Positions 39,106 through 51,556 of a stretch of DNA of 64,000 nucleotides are shown in pieces (position 1 is the first letter of the stretch; every line of letters starts with the position of its first letter). The DNA comes from Camelus dromedarius (lineage: Eukaryota): positions 33,110,001 through 33,174,000 of the forward strand of contig NC_087437.1 in the NCBI RefSeq assembly GCF_036321535.1, written 5' to 3'. The position numbers and the translations under genes are program-made. The notes beneath the pieces were generated by a model. It was not told where the DNA came from. It saw only the letters and a program-made list of their open reading frames with translations, and ran no database searches.

Positions 39106-40576
39106 AAGGTATTATTTAACTCAACAGTTTTTCGAAAATTCTTGGAGGCAAAGTGAGGTGCTGGTACCTGTTCTTTGTCGGGAAAGAAGCAACTGGACTA
39201 ACCAAGGCTGTGAGCTGAGTCAGGATGGAGCCGTCTTTTTGAAGAGTAATCTTCTTTCCCGATTCCATCTCTTTGTTTTAATTAGGCGCTCTTAAAACAC
39301 CTGCATTTTGTCCAAAACACGATTTTTATATTTTTGGTTGTACTTTTTTACCATTTATCAAGACGCAGCCCTTTTATCTCCCACAAAGGCCTCTAGGTCT
39401 CCCTTCCTCTGAGTCACAAGTTCCTCTGAGGTTCTCCTGTGATAAGGCAGCAGCCCTGGGCCTTGGGCAAAACAACACCCGCCAGGCCTTCTTTTCTGGG
39501 ACAAAGTGTCTTGTACTCCTCGGGCCATTTTAGGGCTGTGTGTTCCCTTGGGCTGTCTTTGATTAAGCTGTGCCGTGATAAAGAGGTCTTTGTATTCAGC
39601 ATCCACCCCAGAGTTTTGAACAGGAGCTCAGGGTTAGGGGCAGGAGGACAGGGAACAGACTGTCACAGGCTACCCTCAGGGCATCAGGTGAGGACTTCAA
39701 ATAGATCACTGTAGAGTTGATTATTTGATCATGGATGACTTAAGAGCTATGAAAAGATAACTGGAGAAGGAGTCCAGTCTAGGGAAGTGACATTTGAGCT
39801 GAACTCTGAAGATTCAGAAGGAACTGACTTTGGGGGTGTCAGGGTGGAGTGGGGGTGACAAATCATTCCACATGGAAGGAAAAGCAGTGCTGAAGGCCCT
39901 GTGGGAGCAGCCAGGAGGGGCCAGAGGGCAGAAAGACAGGAGCCAGGATGTGGAAGGGGCTGGCTGGGTAATCAGGGGCCGCCCTGCAGGCTACGGGGAG
40001 GGTTTCATCATAAGAGAACTGGGAAGCCATGGACAGGAGGAGAGGCTTTTAAAGATCCCTCTAGCTGGCGCACAGAGAACCAGAGCTGGAGTGAGAGGTC
40101 CGGAGTGAACGCAGAGACTCCAGGAGGCTAGCTGAGGGGGTGGATGACCAGGGTGGGCACGGCAGAAGTGGAGCAGATGTGGGCGTGAGTCCTAACTGGA
40201 AGGTAACAGGACCAGCGACGTCACTCAAGATCAGAAATAATCTCTAGAATTGTAGGAGGACAACATTATCAAATCAACCATCATTTAAAGGATGCTTGTA
40301 TTTACAGAACAACAGCAGATGCTCTTGGGCCTGTGCTGGGTACAGTCCTAGCACGTCACAGGTCCTGACTGGGAAAATGGAGCTCTGAACCCTGCGCCCA
40401 AGCGAGTAATTGGAGATGCAAATTACAGGAGTAGTGAGGAAGCACTGTTCAACTGTCAGACTGGCAATGAATGAGAAAGTGAAGAGGGCCAATCGTTGGC
40501 TGGGTTTGGGGGTTCATGGCTGGTGGGAGGTAGCCTGATGCAGCCTGGCTGGGGGGCAGTCTGGCTGACTTGATCA

Positions 40577-40981
40577 AGTCAAACTTACATATGGCCTATG
40601 ATCCAACACCCCACTTCTGGGTACACACCCAGAGAAAATGATGCTGTTAAAAGGGACTCGTGGGAGGATGTTCCTTGAGGCCTCCTCGTGTGTGTGGCAG
40701 GAAGGTGGAGGCAAGCTGGTGTGCATCCAGGGGGGTGCAGGTAAAATGGAGGTGCTATGCGGCAGGAGAGGCAGCCAACTAACCATACATACACCAACAA
40801 AGAGATCCTCACGGCTGAGAGTGGGAACAGAAGCAACACAATGCATGGCATAATGCCACTTAGAAAAATGTTGTAAAGAAAAATTTTCACAAATACCAAC
40901 AATACCTTTTATAAGGACACTTACAGACAGAAGCATACACATCAGCCCTTTTCAAGTGGTTGCCCACGGCAGGTGGGATGA
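40577..40981 (+). mobile_element. Old LINE-1 3' region fragment (host of the ERV insertion)
   Basis: 'tatgatccaacaccccacttctgggtacacacccagagaaa' resembles the end of L1 ORF2; heavily decayed. Confidence 0.5.
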
Positions 40982-40985
40982 ATGG

Positions 40986-43900
40986 TGTGAACAAAGGACA
41001 TCGCCTGCCGTTTCAGTAAACAAAGGACACTGCAGCCATAGACCCAGACAGCGCACCCTGAGGAGATTCAGGATGGAGAAAAACAGGACACTAGTCTGAG
41101 AGAGTTAAGATGTTTATCAGAGGAACGGTTTCAATAAGCCCAGACTCTTGCGTCTTCCCACACACAGAAAAGCACTCAAGTCATTAACTCGAGAGCTCTG
41201 TTTTTGTGACAGGCGGTCATCTTTTGATGTTCAACTACATGTTTTGTTTTTCAGCAAAAACTCCCGTATATCCTGGCTCCTCCCATACCTCTTTGGAGCA
41301 GTTCCTCAGAGCTGAGAGGCTGTATCCTGGGCTATAGTTCTCAGTAAGGCCACCAAATAAAACATAATTCTCAACTTTTAGGTTACGCATTTTTTTCAGT
41401 TGACAGTTTTGGCGACCATCTGAGGGACCCAGGGCGGACTTCTCCCCTTCGCCTGAACTCTACGAGGATCTGGAGCCTTGGTGCCCGTGAAAAGAGCCAA
41501 AAACTAACAAGATGGCCATTAAGTTGTTCAGGTCTGTGCTTCCAGTTAAATTGATCTTATGACTAACATGCTCCCTTCCCTGTGCATTCTTTTCTTAGAA
41601 TAACTTACGCTTTTACCCTAGAGGTCTTGAAAGAGGGTCATGGACTGATAACCTCAAGAGAATGGGCAGCCCCTCCTAAATTCCTCCGTAACAACAGCAA
41701 GCTCTTCTCAAGATGAAAGAAACGTAGCCCCTGCTCACACCCTGATTTGTTATCACCCTCCTGTCCCCTTTTCCTATAAAACCCCAGGACTCTTACCCCA
41801 AAGAGGGCTCACAGTCTTTAAGGCCTGCTGTGACTCCCTGTGCCTGGCAAAGCAGTAAGTTCTTTTCTATCTCCTGAAACTGTCTCCATTTCTATTTCAG
41901 CCACGAGCACAGAGGCAGGGTTTCGGCAGCACCAGTGGAGGCCTCTGGCGCCCGTGTGCCCCTTCAGAGTCCAGACAACTCTGGGGGATTGTCTCCTGGT
42001 TCTCACACCTCCCATCATTGGCTTGGTGATCCTAAGTTTTATTCAGTGGTGTTAAACTCCTCTCTGGAGGAGTAGGTTATCCTTGAAGCTTAGTTTCAAG
42101 AAGAGCTACCTTGGTTATTCCCAGCTGAAAGACTGGGAAGATTGTACTCATTTGAAAGACACTCAGTAGGTTTGGATGGGTAATTCAGGTGGGAGCCTGG
42201 CCTGTCATTTTTTCCTTGGATTGGCTACTTTAATAGTTTGTCAGAATAAAAGTGAAGATAGCTCATGAGAACTTTCAGCTCCAAAGAAGGGACATCTCCC
42301 AGCCAGCTTCCTCAAGGCAGCTGAGAAGCAAGTGGAGACAAGTCCTCGTACCGTGCAGCCAACTCACTCATTTTATTAAAAATGTGCTCTGCCGGAAACA
42401 CGTAAGAGTTGACCACTCAGTGATCTGAGCACCCACAGGGATCTTACACTACGAGAGGGAGAAACTGAGACATAAGAAAGTAGAAATGACTCTAGGGTGA
42501 CACCTAGAGGAGCTCAGCACACCGGCCACCACGCAGTCCTCAGCAGCAACTGTATCCGGATAAACGGACCTCAAAATCAGAACAAAGCTTTCAAACAAAA
42601 GAAAAAGGAGCGACAGATTGCCAGCCTCCAACTAAAACCCCAGCCAGGTTCGCATACAATACCTCTGGAATTTATACTTGCGAATACTTATTTGATTAGG
42701 GAAACTAAAGATCTCAACCTGAAATGGCCAGATTAGGGCTCTTTTGACATCCTCAACCTAATTTTGTATGTGCATGGCTACAAAACACCAGCTTGATAAA
42801 ACATCTTTTCAGAACTCTGACCTTAAAGAAACAAAACCCTTCTAGGGGGAACTTGCGATTCTCTCCCTGTGTCTTTGAGATGCAGCTGTCCTATCCGGCC
42901 TTCCCAGTGTGCACGCGTGTGCTGAGAGCTTGGCCTCTGCCGTCTGGAAGGTACACACGTGGTGCACATGTGTGGCAGCCAGCGGACAGAGTGGGATTCT
43001 GAGTCATCTTACTGCCTGGCTGTGCCAACTCTCAGGGGTTTTTGTCATCTTAACCTTTGTTGCATCTGCCTGTACAACGCAGGTCTTTCCTGCCTTAGAC
43101 TGTTCTCAGGAGCAAACCTTCTAGCCCTTGTGCAGGCTGCTTTCTTTGCGCTCTCTTGTGGGGACACCTCTTGCATCTTACTGGTTTGCGTCGCTATTAA
43201 GGTACAGTTCTTTAATGGCCTGGAGCCTTTCAACTGGAGAAACTTCTAAATTGGTAAATTTTTAGCGATCTCACTGTACACAGCTGTTTTTTTGGCACCT
43301 ATGAAAAAAACAAATCACACAGCGTTTTATATATGTGTGTGTGTATAAAATGGCTAACCTACAAAACTCCTTTAGTTTAAAACAGTTTGGGAAGCCTTAT
43401 TTGTGGTCTATGCTTCCCCTCAATAGGTCTTACAAATGCTAATAAAAACAATAGGTTAATTAGTTATTAGGTTGATTAATGGGGGGTGGAGAATAAGGGG
43501 GGAAGTCTAAAGACTTCTTCCCAACAAGGTGGAAATTTTAAAGGCATCCCTCCCAAAAGGATAAAAATCTTTGCATGGTTATTAAGAAATGTGATAAATA
43601 AAACAGATGTTAATGAGATTAAAACAAAAGGTTCTGATACAACACTACCTAAGGTTGAGTCAAAGGGACCCCTTACTAGTCCCCAGCATTAAAGGACCCC
43701 AAACAAGTCCACTCTGCATATATATATATATTTTATATATATATAAAGGCTGGGAGAAAAATTACATTGAGATACCTTACCAGTAATTACCTGGGGCAAC
43801 AGGCCAACTAATCAAGTTAAAAGATTGACAAAAGGGGCTGAGTCCCTTGGCTCAACTCTTCACTGGGGACCCCAGAGCCTTTTAGACAAAAATAGTTGGA

Positions 43901-46900
43901 GGATTAAAAAAAAAAAGTTTCTAAGACTCCTTGTAAGAGCAAGGCTTATTAATGGGGTTCTAGCAGAAACTACAGTTAAAGGTATAAAAGTTAATACAAG
44001 TGAGATGAAAGGTTATGTAAACTGGCATACTTACATGGGCTTTATATGAGGTGATGATCTCTCTCCTGCTTAATCATATTGTGAGACAAACACGATGTCT
44101 CATTGGAGAATGCTTCCCCGGCATTATAAGAGGGCACATAAATCTGCCCCCCAGACAATATTAATTAAACATACTAGAAGAAACCAGCAAGGTGACCTGA
44201 GCCCACACAATATGAAATAAAAACTGGGAGCTAATATTCAGAGGCCAATAAAAATAATAAGAGATTTCTGCTGTGGGTTTAACCTGTGCATTCAGAAAGG
44301 AGGCCTTTGGTAAATGCCTTGTGCAAACTTTTGAAGGCATGATAAACTGAAGCCCAAAATTCTAGAACATAAAACTCTTGAATTTCAGTTTAGCTGGTAA
44401 TCTTCAGCAGCACTTAGAGAAAATGTAGTTGGGCAAATCAATCGTTTAGTATAATTCAGGCAGCAGATCTGTTCTTTCTTTGGGGAATTAAAAGCAACTA
44501 TATTTGTCTTGCAAATCTCTACAAATTACAAATGCAGATACAGCCCACAATGGCCTGACACTGAGCCTAATTAGCTCAATCAGGTAAAACCTGATACAAA
44601 AAAAAAAAAAAAAAAAAAAAGGAAAAAAGTGGACTTTTAAAGCTCAAACTGTTGGAAAGGCTCCCTCACCCAAAATCTAATTCACAGCTTCTGTAAGGAA
44701 TTATCAAGGACAAACACAAATCTTAAAAGTCTTTTCCACAAATAGTAAAGTCTTAGTCATCTGAGCAAATAAACTTAACTTATTCCAACTGTTCTTTATA
44801 AACTAGTAGGTTTATTTTGTAATAGCTGATACAGAATGAAGTGTTAAAGTGAAGCTGTGAGATCTCTGCTTTTGTCTGTTTATGTCAGTGTGTACATTAG
44901 AGATGTCTCTACCTCTGAAAATATTCAGTTAAACTTATAAAAGAGCTCTACTTAACTGACTTAAAAGTGAGCATTTACAAATTAAGTATTTCTAAATATA
45001 AAGGAAACTGGCCAGAATGAATTTCAGGTTCACGTGATCTAGGAAATACTCAATATTAAATTAATATCTCACATTAATGCCAGTTTATCGCACCTAGGGT
45101 AATTTCTGTTGCAGAATTTATCAGCAAAAAACCAAAAATTCAACTTGGTATGATGATATTTTCACAAGTTATAAAATACAGATAAATGAGATGAAGAGTT
45201 TCAGGTGAACTCTTTAGTAGTTCTGTTTTGGGTATGTCTACGTAAACTAGTTTCTCCAGATTTTTGGAACCTTAAAACTTTAGAGTTTTGCTAAATTAAG
45301 TTAAATGATGGGAATTCATTGACTATCCAGGTCATTTCAAATAAGATAAAGTACTGGAACATTAATTGCTAAACAGGTCTAAATTTACCTACTTTTGTGA
45401 GAAAAGGAAACTAAAGATGTTTGGGTTTACTACGCATATGTCTTGTGCCAGCCACATTAAGAAATTCTGCTGTTTCTAGAGGTAATGAAATATTCCTAAG
45501 TTTGCCAACCAGGAGATGCAGGCACAACAAATAGTTCACAATTACTTGCTCCTTGTGAGTCTTCACTAAAGTTTTTAAGGGTTAAAACTGTAATATGTAA
45601 TTAAAGCTACTAAAAACAATAAGGGAAACGTTTGTTTGCAAGGAACATAGGATGTGTGTTTTTGGCAAAAGAAGGTGTAAGGAATGGAACTCCACTGTGT
45701 TAAGGGGAAAGACTGACTTTGTCCTGGAGCCGGCTGTTTCTGGATGGGAAAATAAGGGACAAACTAATCTGGATATAGAACGTTGTGGAAGATTTGTAGG
45801 AAGACAGCTCTGAAAAAGCTGTTTTGTGCATGTTCAGGTTGGGATTAGACTGAACTTAGGTAAATACATTTTGTTGTTGAGAGTGAGCTGGTGCAGGACT
45901 GGAGTCTGGGTTTCTCTCTCTGTTAAGAGGATAAAGTCTTCCTGGAACGTTGAACTACTTTTGATAATAGATTGTGAGTTTCTTTGCCTTCTACGTGATC
46001 TGTACTTGCCTTAAAAATCTTTTATTGCTACTTTGGTTGAGTGAGTAAGTATTGCTTCATAGTGACCTATGATCCTATTTGACCAAGTGTTGTTAAAATC
46101 TTTGGATTTTTTGACAGACTTCCGAAATATGAAATTCTAATTAAGATTCTTTTGACCTCCAGCTAACTTTGGGATACTTAAAGAGCCCCTGAAACATCCC
46201 ATAGAGAGATATTAAACTAATTAGGCTCATTTTGTATGTTAAATTACATGGGGAACATTGTCAAATAAGTGGTGATAAAACCTTAGGTTATATTGTATGG
46301 ATAAATGTCATGAATATAGATATTCCAAAATGTATACGGAATTCCTAAAAATCTAGTATGTCCTGATACAGTGTCATCAGCCATAATTCTAATTATCTTA
46401 AAATGTTGTGTCACAGAAATAGCCAAGTTTCCTGTCAATGACATTTTAATCAGATCTTTAACCATGCTGTTTTAAGTCTTTTGTCATTTACGATCTTTGT
46501 TTTACTCTGATGTTTTTATAAAATGAAGATCTTCAAGAGGATTCATAAAAAGGACTTTTTGACAAGTATGTTTCTGGTAATTTTTAGATCACACCACTGA
46601 ACTGGGTAAGGAATTACAAAACTCTAATGGAAAACCTGATGACTTCATCCAGATTAGCTGGAATTACATGGGGCTGAATGAATTGATAGATGTGATTTAT
46701 AATTTTACGACTTTTTTCTGAAATAAACTGGCTCAATCTTTGTTTTCCAGAAAAGTCTTTCCTCTTACACTATGACCTACAAGCTGATAAAATATATCTT
46801 TGTAAATGACGATGAAAACATTTATCTTTTTCTCTCTACATGACTTGTCCAGAATTTGGCTTCTCCAGATGGCTCCCCTGTGGACGTGGTGGCTTACTGC

Positions 46901-47873
46901 AATCAGATCACAACTAGTTACGCTAATCACTATCATTTGTTTTACTTTTGTTCACTGTTACTGTTTTGCTGTGTTGTTTTATTTGCTACATTACTTATGC
47001 CTTGTGCCTGTCCCTGCTGTTCTATGACTGTTAACGCTACTAGCTGTATCACTTGTATCCTCTCTGTTTGATAAGGCTGTGGGCTCGTGCACTACAGTGT
47101 GTAACCAGGCCTCTGACAAATTAATGATGGCTAAACGTCTTGAGGCAACTGATCATATATATAACTCTACATAGAATAACTGTTGTAATAGTGCAACTCT
47201 AGTCAGGGGAACAACAAGGGAACAGATTTCCTGGATCATAACAGACGAGTGAGGCCGGCAATGCAGAGAATTTTAGATTATCAACAGGGCCTAATCCAAA
47301 AAAATCAGCACGTTGAGTGGCCTATCAACAGAATCCTCGCCTGATCTAACAATGCACCTTCCTAGAGCCATGGGACAAAGTTGGCCATGAAATGCATCCC
47401 AAACATTGGTCAAATTTATGACCAAGGGGAGGCACTGTGGACAAAGAATGTCGCCTGCCATTTCAGTAAACAAAAAACGTTGTAGCCTTCAAGCCCTGAC
47501 AGTGCACCTCGAGGGGAATTCAGGATGGAGAAAAACAGGACACTGGCTCTAGAGAGTTGAGATACTCACCAAGGAAGGATTTCAAAAAGCCCAAGCTCTT
47601 GCATCTTCCCATACACAGAAAAGCACTCAAATCATTAACTTGAGATGTCTGTTTTTGTCATTAGCAGTAACCTCCTGATACTCAACTACATGGTTTCATT
47701 TTGTTTTGTTTTCAGCAAAAACTCCCGTATATTCTGGCTCCTCCCATACCTCTTTGGAGCAGTCCCTCAGAGCAATCGTAGAGGCTGTATCCTAGGCTGT
47801 GGTTCTCAGTAAGGCCACCGAATAAAACATAATTCTCAACTCTTAGGTTGTGATTTTTTTTTTTCAGTCAACG
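40986..47873 (+). mobile_element. ERV1-like provirus (~6.9 kb) with two LTRs and no intact gag/pol/env
   Basis: 5' LTR 40986-41405 (TG...CA) and homologous 3' LTR 47436-47873; PBS tggcgacc at ~41410; purine tract aaggggagg before the 3' LTR; flanks atgg/acgg as a 4 bp TSD. Confidence 0.9.
41488..41931 (+). mobile_element. Solo LTR of a different family nested in the provirus leader
   Basis: Starts TGAAAAGAGCC, ends CGGCAGCA; TATAAAA at 41775-41781; flanks cccg/ccag (3 of 4 match); not similar to the host LTRs. Confidence 0.75.
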
Positions 47874-49029
47874 ACGGAAAAGGAGATAAAAGAAAATGAG
47901 CAAGTGTCAAAGAGGGGCCTCTATGAGCAAAGGTGATGAGGGTGTTACCCCTCCAGCTCTGTACCCAGGACCAACATGCACACGAATGGACCTTTAATAA
48001 GATAGAAAGTCATTTTAAAAATGTTAAAAGTCCCAAGGAACTCAGTATGGATGTCCCCACCCTGCATCTTAAACTTGCATCTTTGTCCTCCGTGTTGTTG
48101 GTGGGATCAGATTTGAGGAGTGCTGCGAACCGCACTACCCTTGTTTCGACTCAAGAAGCTCTCGAGCTCAGGTGCTCCTCCCTCTGCGCTTACACACACA
48201 GCCACATGGTGCAAAGCTAGCACAGTCATTATAAGACATTAAAAAAAAAAAAAGCTAAACAGACATTTTTGAAAGAGCCGAGGCTGACACAGGGAAGGTG
48301 ACAGGCAGGCCTGGCCTTCCTGAGGTGAGGCGTTTCCACGAGAGCGGATCCCGGGGCTCCCACCCCCACGCCGCCAAGACCGCCCATCTGCCAAACAGAC
48401 TAGGAGGCTTCACATCCCTTTCTTAAAACATAGCCAGAGGCACACCACCTTGTTCTAATTTTTCCAGAATGAGGCTCTTTATATAAAGAAAAAGCCAGCA
48501 AGCAAAGCAAATGACCCTGTGGCTGTATAACCTGAAGGAATGAATTAGCAGCTCTTTGCTACAGATTTCTTTTGAATTGTGTAGAAAAGAGGACTTATTA
48601 TGTCCTATAGCCTAGAACTAAATGCTTTACGATCACAGACCACCAATGACATGGTTCATGTTCTAACGTGATTTTTTGTGTGTTGTTTATTTTATAGGTT
48701 TTCTGGTTTTTGACCCCATCAGCCAGGAGGAAGGGCAGCCCCCCGCCTCAGGACGGGCAGGCTCTTTAGGGGGGTGATCAGCAACTCAGATTTTGGGCTC
48801 CCTTGCATCAGTTGGGAGGGAAACAGGTCACTTTTAAAGTCCCATTTGAGAAAGTGTATAGTGGAATGCTTTCAAAGGACAAACTCATCTCATTAGTTTA
48901 TTTGTTTTGGGTAAAAAAAAAAATGTTCCTCAGATCCCTATCAAATCAGTGTCAAGCACTAACTCAGTGCTTGTGTGGAAAGCATCCTGCCAGCCACCAG
49001 GTGGGAACCAGGATCAGAGCTGTAATACA

Positions 49030-49240
49030 TGTCCTGAGCTCTCACCACAGGCTTCCCGCGGTTCCACACTGTGCCCGGGACTGCTTATCACAGCACAAGA
49101 GCCCTTTGCGGGTAAACACTGTTCTTATACCCATTTTAAGGAGGGAGAAACTGAGGCACGTGCCCAAAGTTAAGGAACTGCTCAAAGTCATAAAGCTAGT
49201 AAGTAACTACCCTGGCTCCAGACCACTTATATGCTCTTTC
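49030..49240 (-). mobile_element. MIR SINE (reverse)
   Basis: 'cccattttaaggagggagaaactgaggcac...gttaaggaactgctcaaagtcataaagctagtaagt'. Confidence 0.65.
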
Positions 49241-49434
49241 CTTATATGGCACGGAGGTCGAACAGACCCTGTCACTCTAAGGGAGGGCAGAAAGAAAGCT
49301 GCCATGTGTGTGGGGGGGGGGGGTGTGGGGGGGGTGTGTGGGTGTGTGTCAGAGACTGGGTGAGTAGGACTTCGCTTTAAGCTGGGTTCCTGTAGACGAG
49401 ACCACCCAGACCTTCTGGGAGATGGCCAGGAAGG

Positions 49435-49880
49435 GCATGTGAATCCATGTCCCAGGGCAGCCGTAATAAGTACCACAAACTGGGTGCCTTCACAGCAGAA
49501 ATTGATCCTCTCACAGTTCTGAAGGCTAGAAGTCCAAAACTGGGGAGTTTTCAGGGTGGGGCTTCCTCTGAGGCTCTGAAGAGAGCCCTCCCTGCCACTC
49601 CCCAGCTTCTGGTGCCGGGCCCCAATCCCTGGCTTCCTCGTCTTGCAGCCACCATCACTGCAGCCTCTGCCTCTAAAAGGCGTTCTTCCTCTGTAGTCTC
49701 TCCACGTGACCTTCTCACAAGGCCATCAATCACTGGATTCAGGGCCCATGCTAATCCAGTATAGCTTTATCTAAACTTGATTACATCTGCAAAGACTCCA
49801 TTTCCAAGTAAGGTCATCATCACGGGTACTGGGGGCTGACTTAACATATCTTTTTTGGGGACACAACTCAACCCACAACA
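49435..49880 (-). mobile_element. MLT1 (MLT1B/C-like) LTR
   Basis: 'agggcagccgtaataagtaccacaaactgggtg...ctcacagttctgaaggctagaagtcc...ggggacacaactcaacccacaaca'. Confidence 0.8.
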
Positions 49881-51556
49881 GTATGGAAGTGACGATGATC
49901 TGAGACTTAGCAAGGAGCCCCTGGATACACTCTTTCAGGCAGGGTCTAAATGGGAGCTTGAGCCAGTGCAGTGCCAACAGCAACTCTCCTAAGTTATGTC
50001 TCATTTTCAGGAAAAAGCTATTTACTCTAAAACACAAAGCTGCTGTTTTCATGTCAGTGGCTCAAAGAGGTTTCCTCCAGCACACGACTGGACTAACTTT
50101 GTATATTAGACACTATATAATGTTGGCGTGCTTCTTTAAAGCCAAGTCATTGAAATACTGGATGTGAGTACTGGACATAAACCTGAGAAACTTGATAAGG
50201 GATGGAGAATAGGTATTTATTTATTTATTCTAAGAGCACATTTTAAAAACCTAATACCCCCTTTAAACTCAAAACCACAGCCAAATCTTGGAGCAGATGG
50301 AAGAGCAGGGACAGTACCCAGAGAAGCCCTGTTGTCGGCTGCTGTAGGAAGCCACAAAAACGCTGGGACCCTGGGAGTAGCCAAGACGTGATTCTGCCAA
50401 AAGCTTATCTAGAAGAAGAAAACCCTGTGCTGTGGGAAAAGGCTGTCTCTTGATTTCCCTCTCTGATGCTGGTTGCTAAGCATGATCCCTTCCTGTGGCC
50501 TTAGAGCCAACGGTGTCCACTTTAACTTCATGTTTCCAGGTTGAGGGGGTGGGCGGTGGGGACAAGGTCAGGGGCTGAGAGCTTGCAAGTGATTCTAATC
50601 TCCCCTCCTGCGCACAGGGGGCCCCACTGGCCTAACAGATTAGGCTCCTAAATGTCCTCTTCAGCCTTCACATTTGGGAAGAAAACATAAATGTCATGCC
50701 ATTCCAGGAAAAGCAAACTTCTTCATTTTATAAGGTTAGTTTTATGAGTCAGCCTCAGTTGGAGACAAGTAAACAACTCATTTGTGGATAAAAATTGCTG
50801 TGCTGTTCTTCTGTTCTGGACAGAGAGAACATCAGTGTATTACATTATTTCCTGGAATTACTGCATTTGCCTTCTCTTGAGCCATGTGAGACAAGGCGAA
50901 TGCAGTTTAAGGAACAAAAGTCAGTGGCCTTCAGATCAGGCCCCATCCCTTGTGGTCCAAGGAGATCTTAGCCTTGGACACTTTGCTCTATCAGGCTAAG
51001 AAGCAGTGGAGAGAAAAGAGATGGAATACTGTGGTGTTAAACTGTTTAGCCAACTCTGGGTACGAGTTCTGGACCTTTCCAAAGGAGCCAGAGTGGAAGT
51101 GGCCAGAGGCAGTGTTCCCCTCCAAGTCCCCTTAGCTCAGGGTGGGGCTAATCAGAAAAGGCTGGTTGTAAGAGGGATCTGAGGTGCTGGGTCTCCCTCC
51201 CTCCCGCAGAAGGGCTGGGAATGGGTCAGGGCCTCCCGTTCCGAATGCCCAATGGTCCCAGCACTCTTCCAGCTACCTTTGTTTCCATTTAACAAATACT
51301 CACTATTTGTCCCTTGCAGGTCCCTATGCTAGCGCAGCAGAGGAAACAAGGAGAAGTGATGCCTACTACCACGTAGAAGCAAGCACTCAGCAGCCTATAG
51401 TCAAGTGCCAAGATGGGGCGTGGAGAGCAGGCATGTTTGGGGGTGAGATCACCAAGGCTGCGGAGACCAGCCAGAGCTGCCATTTCTTGGGTAAAGTCAC
51501 GTGTCCGGCAGTGTGGTAAGTACTGGCAGGAGCTCACGGCCACTCCAGAAGCTGGG

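Noticed and set aside
48803..49363. 186 aa ORF
   Set aside because: Starts at a non-ATG codon, crosses a MIR and a G/GT tract, and has no recognisable protein features.
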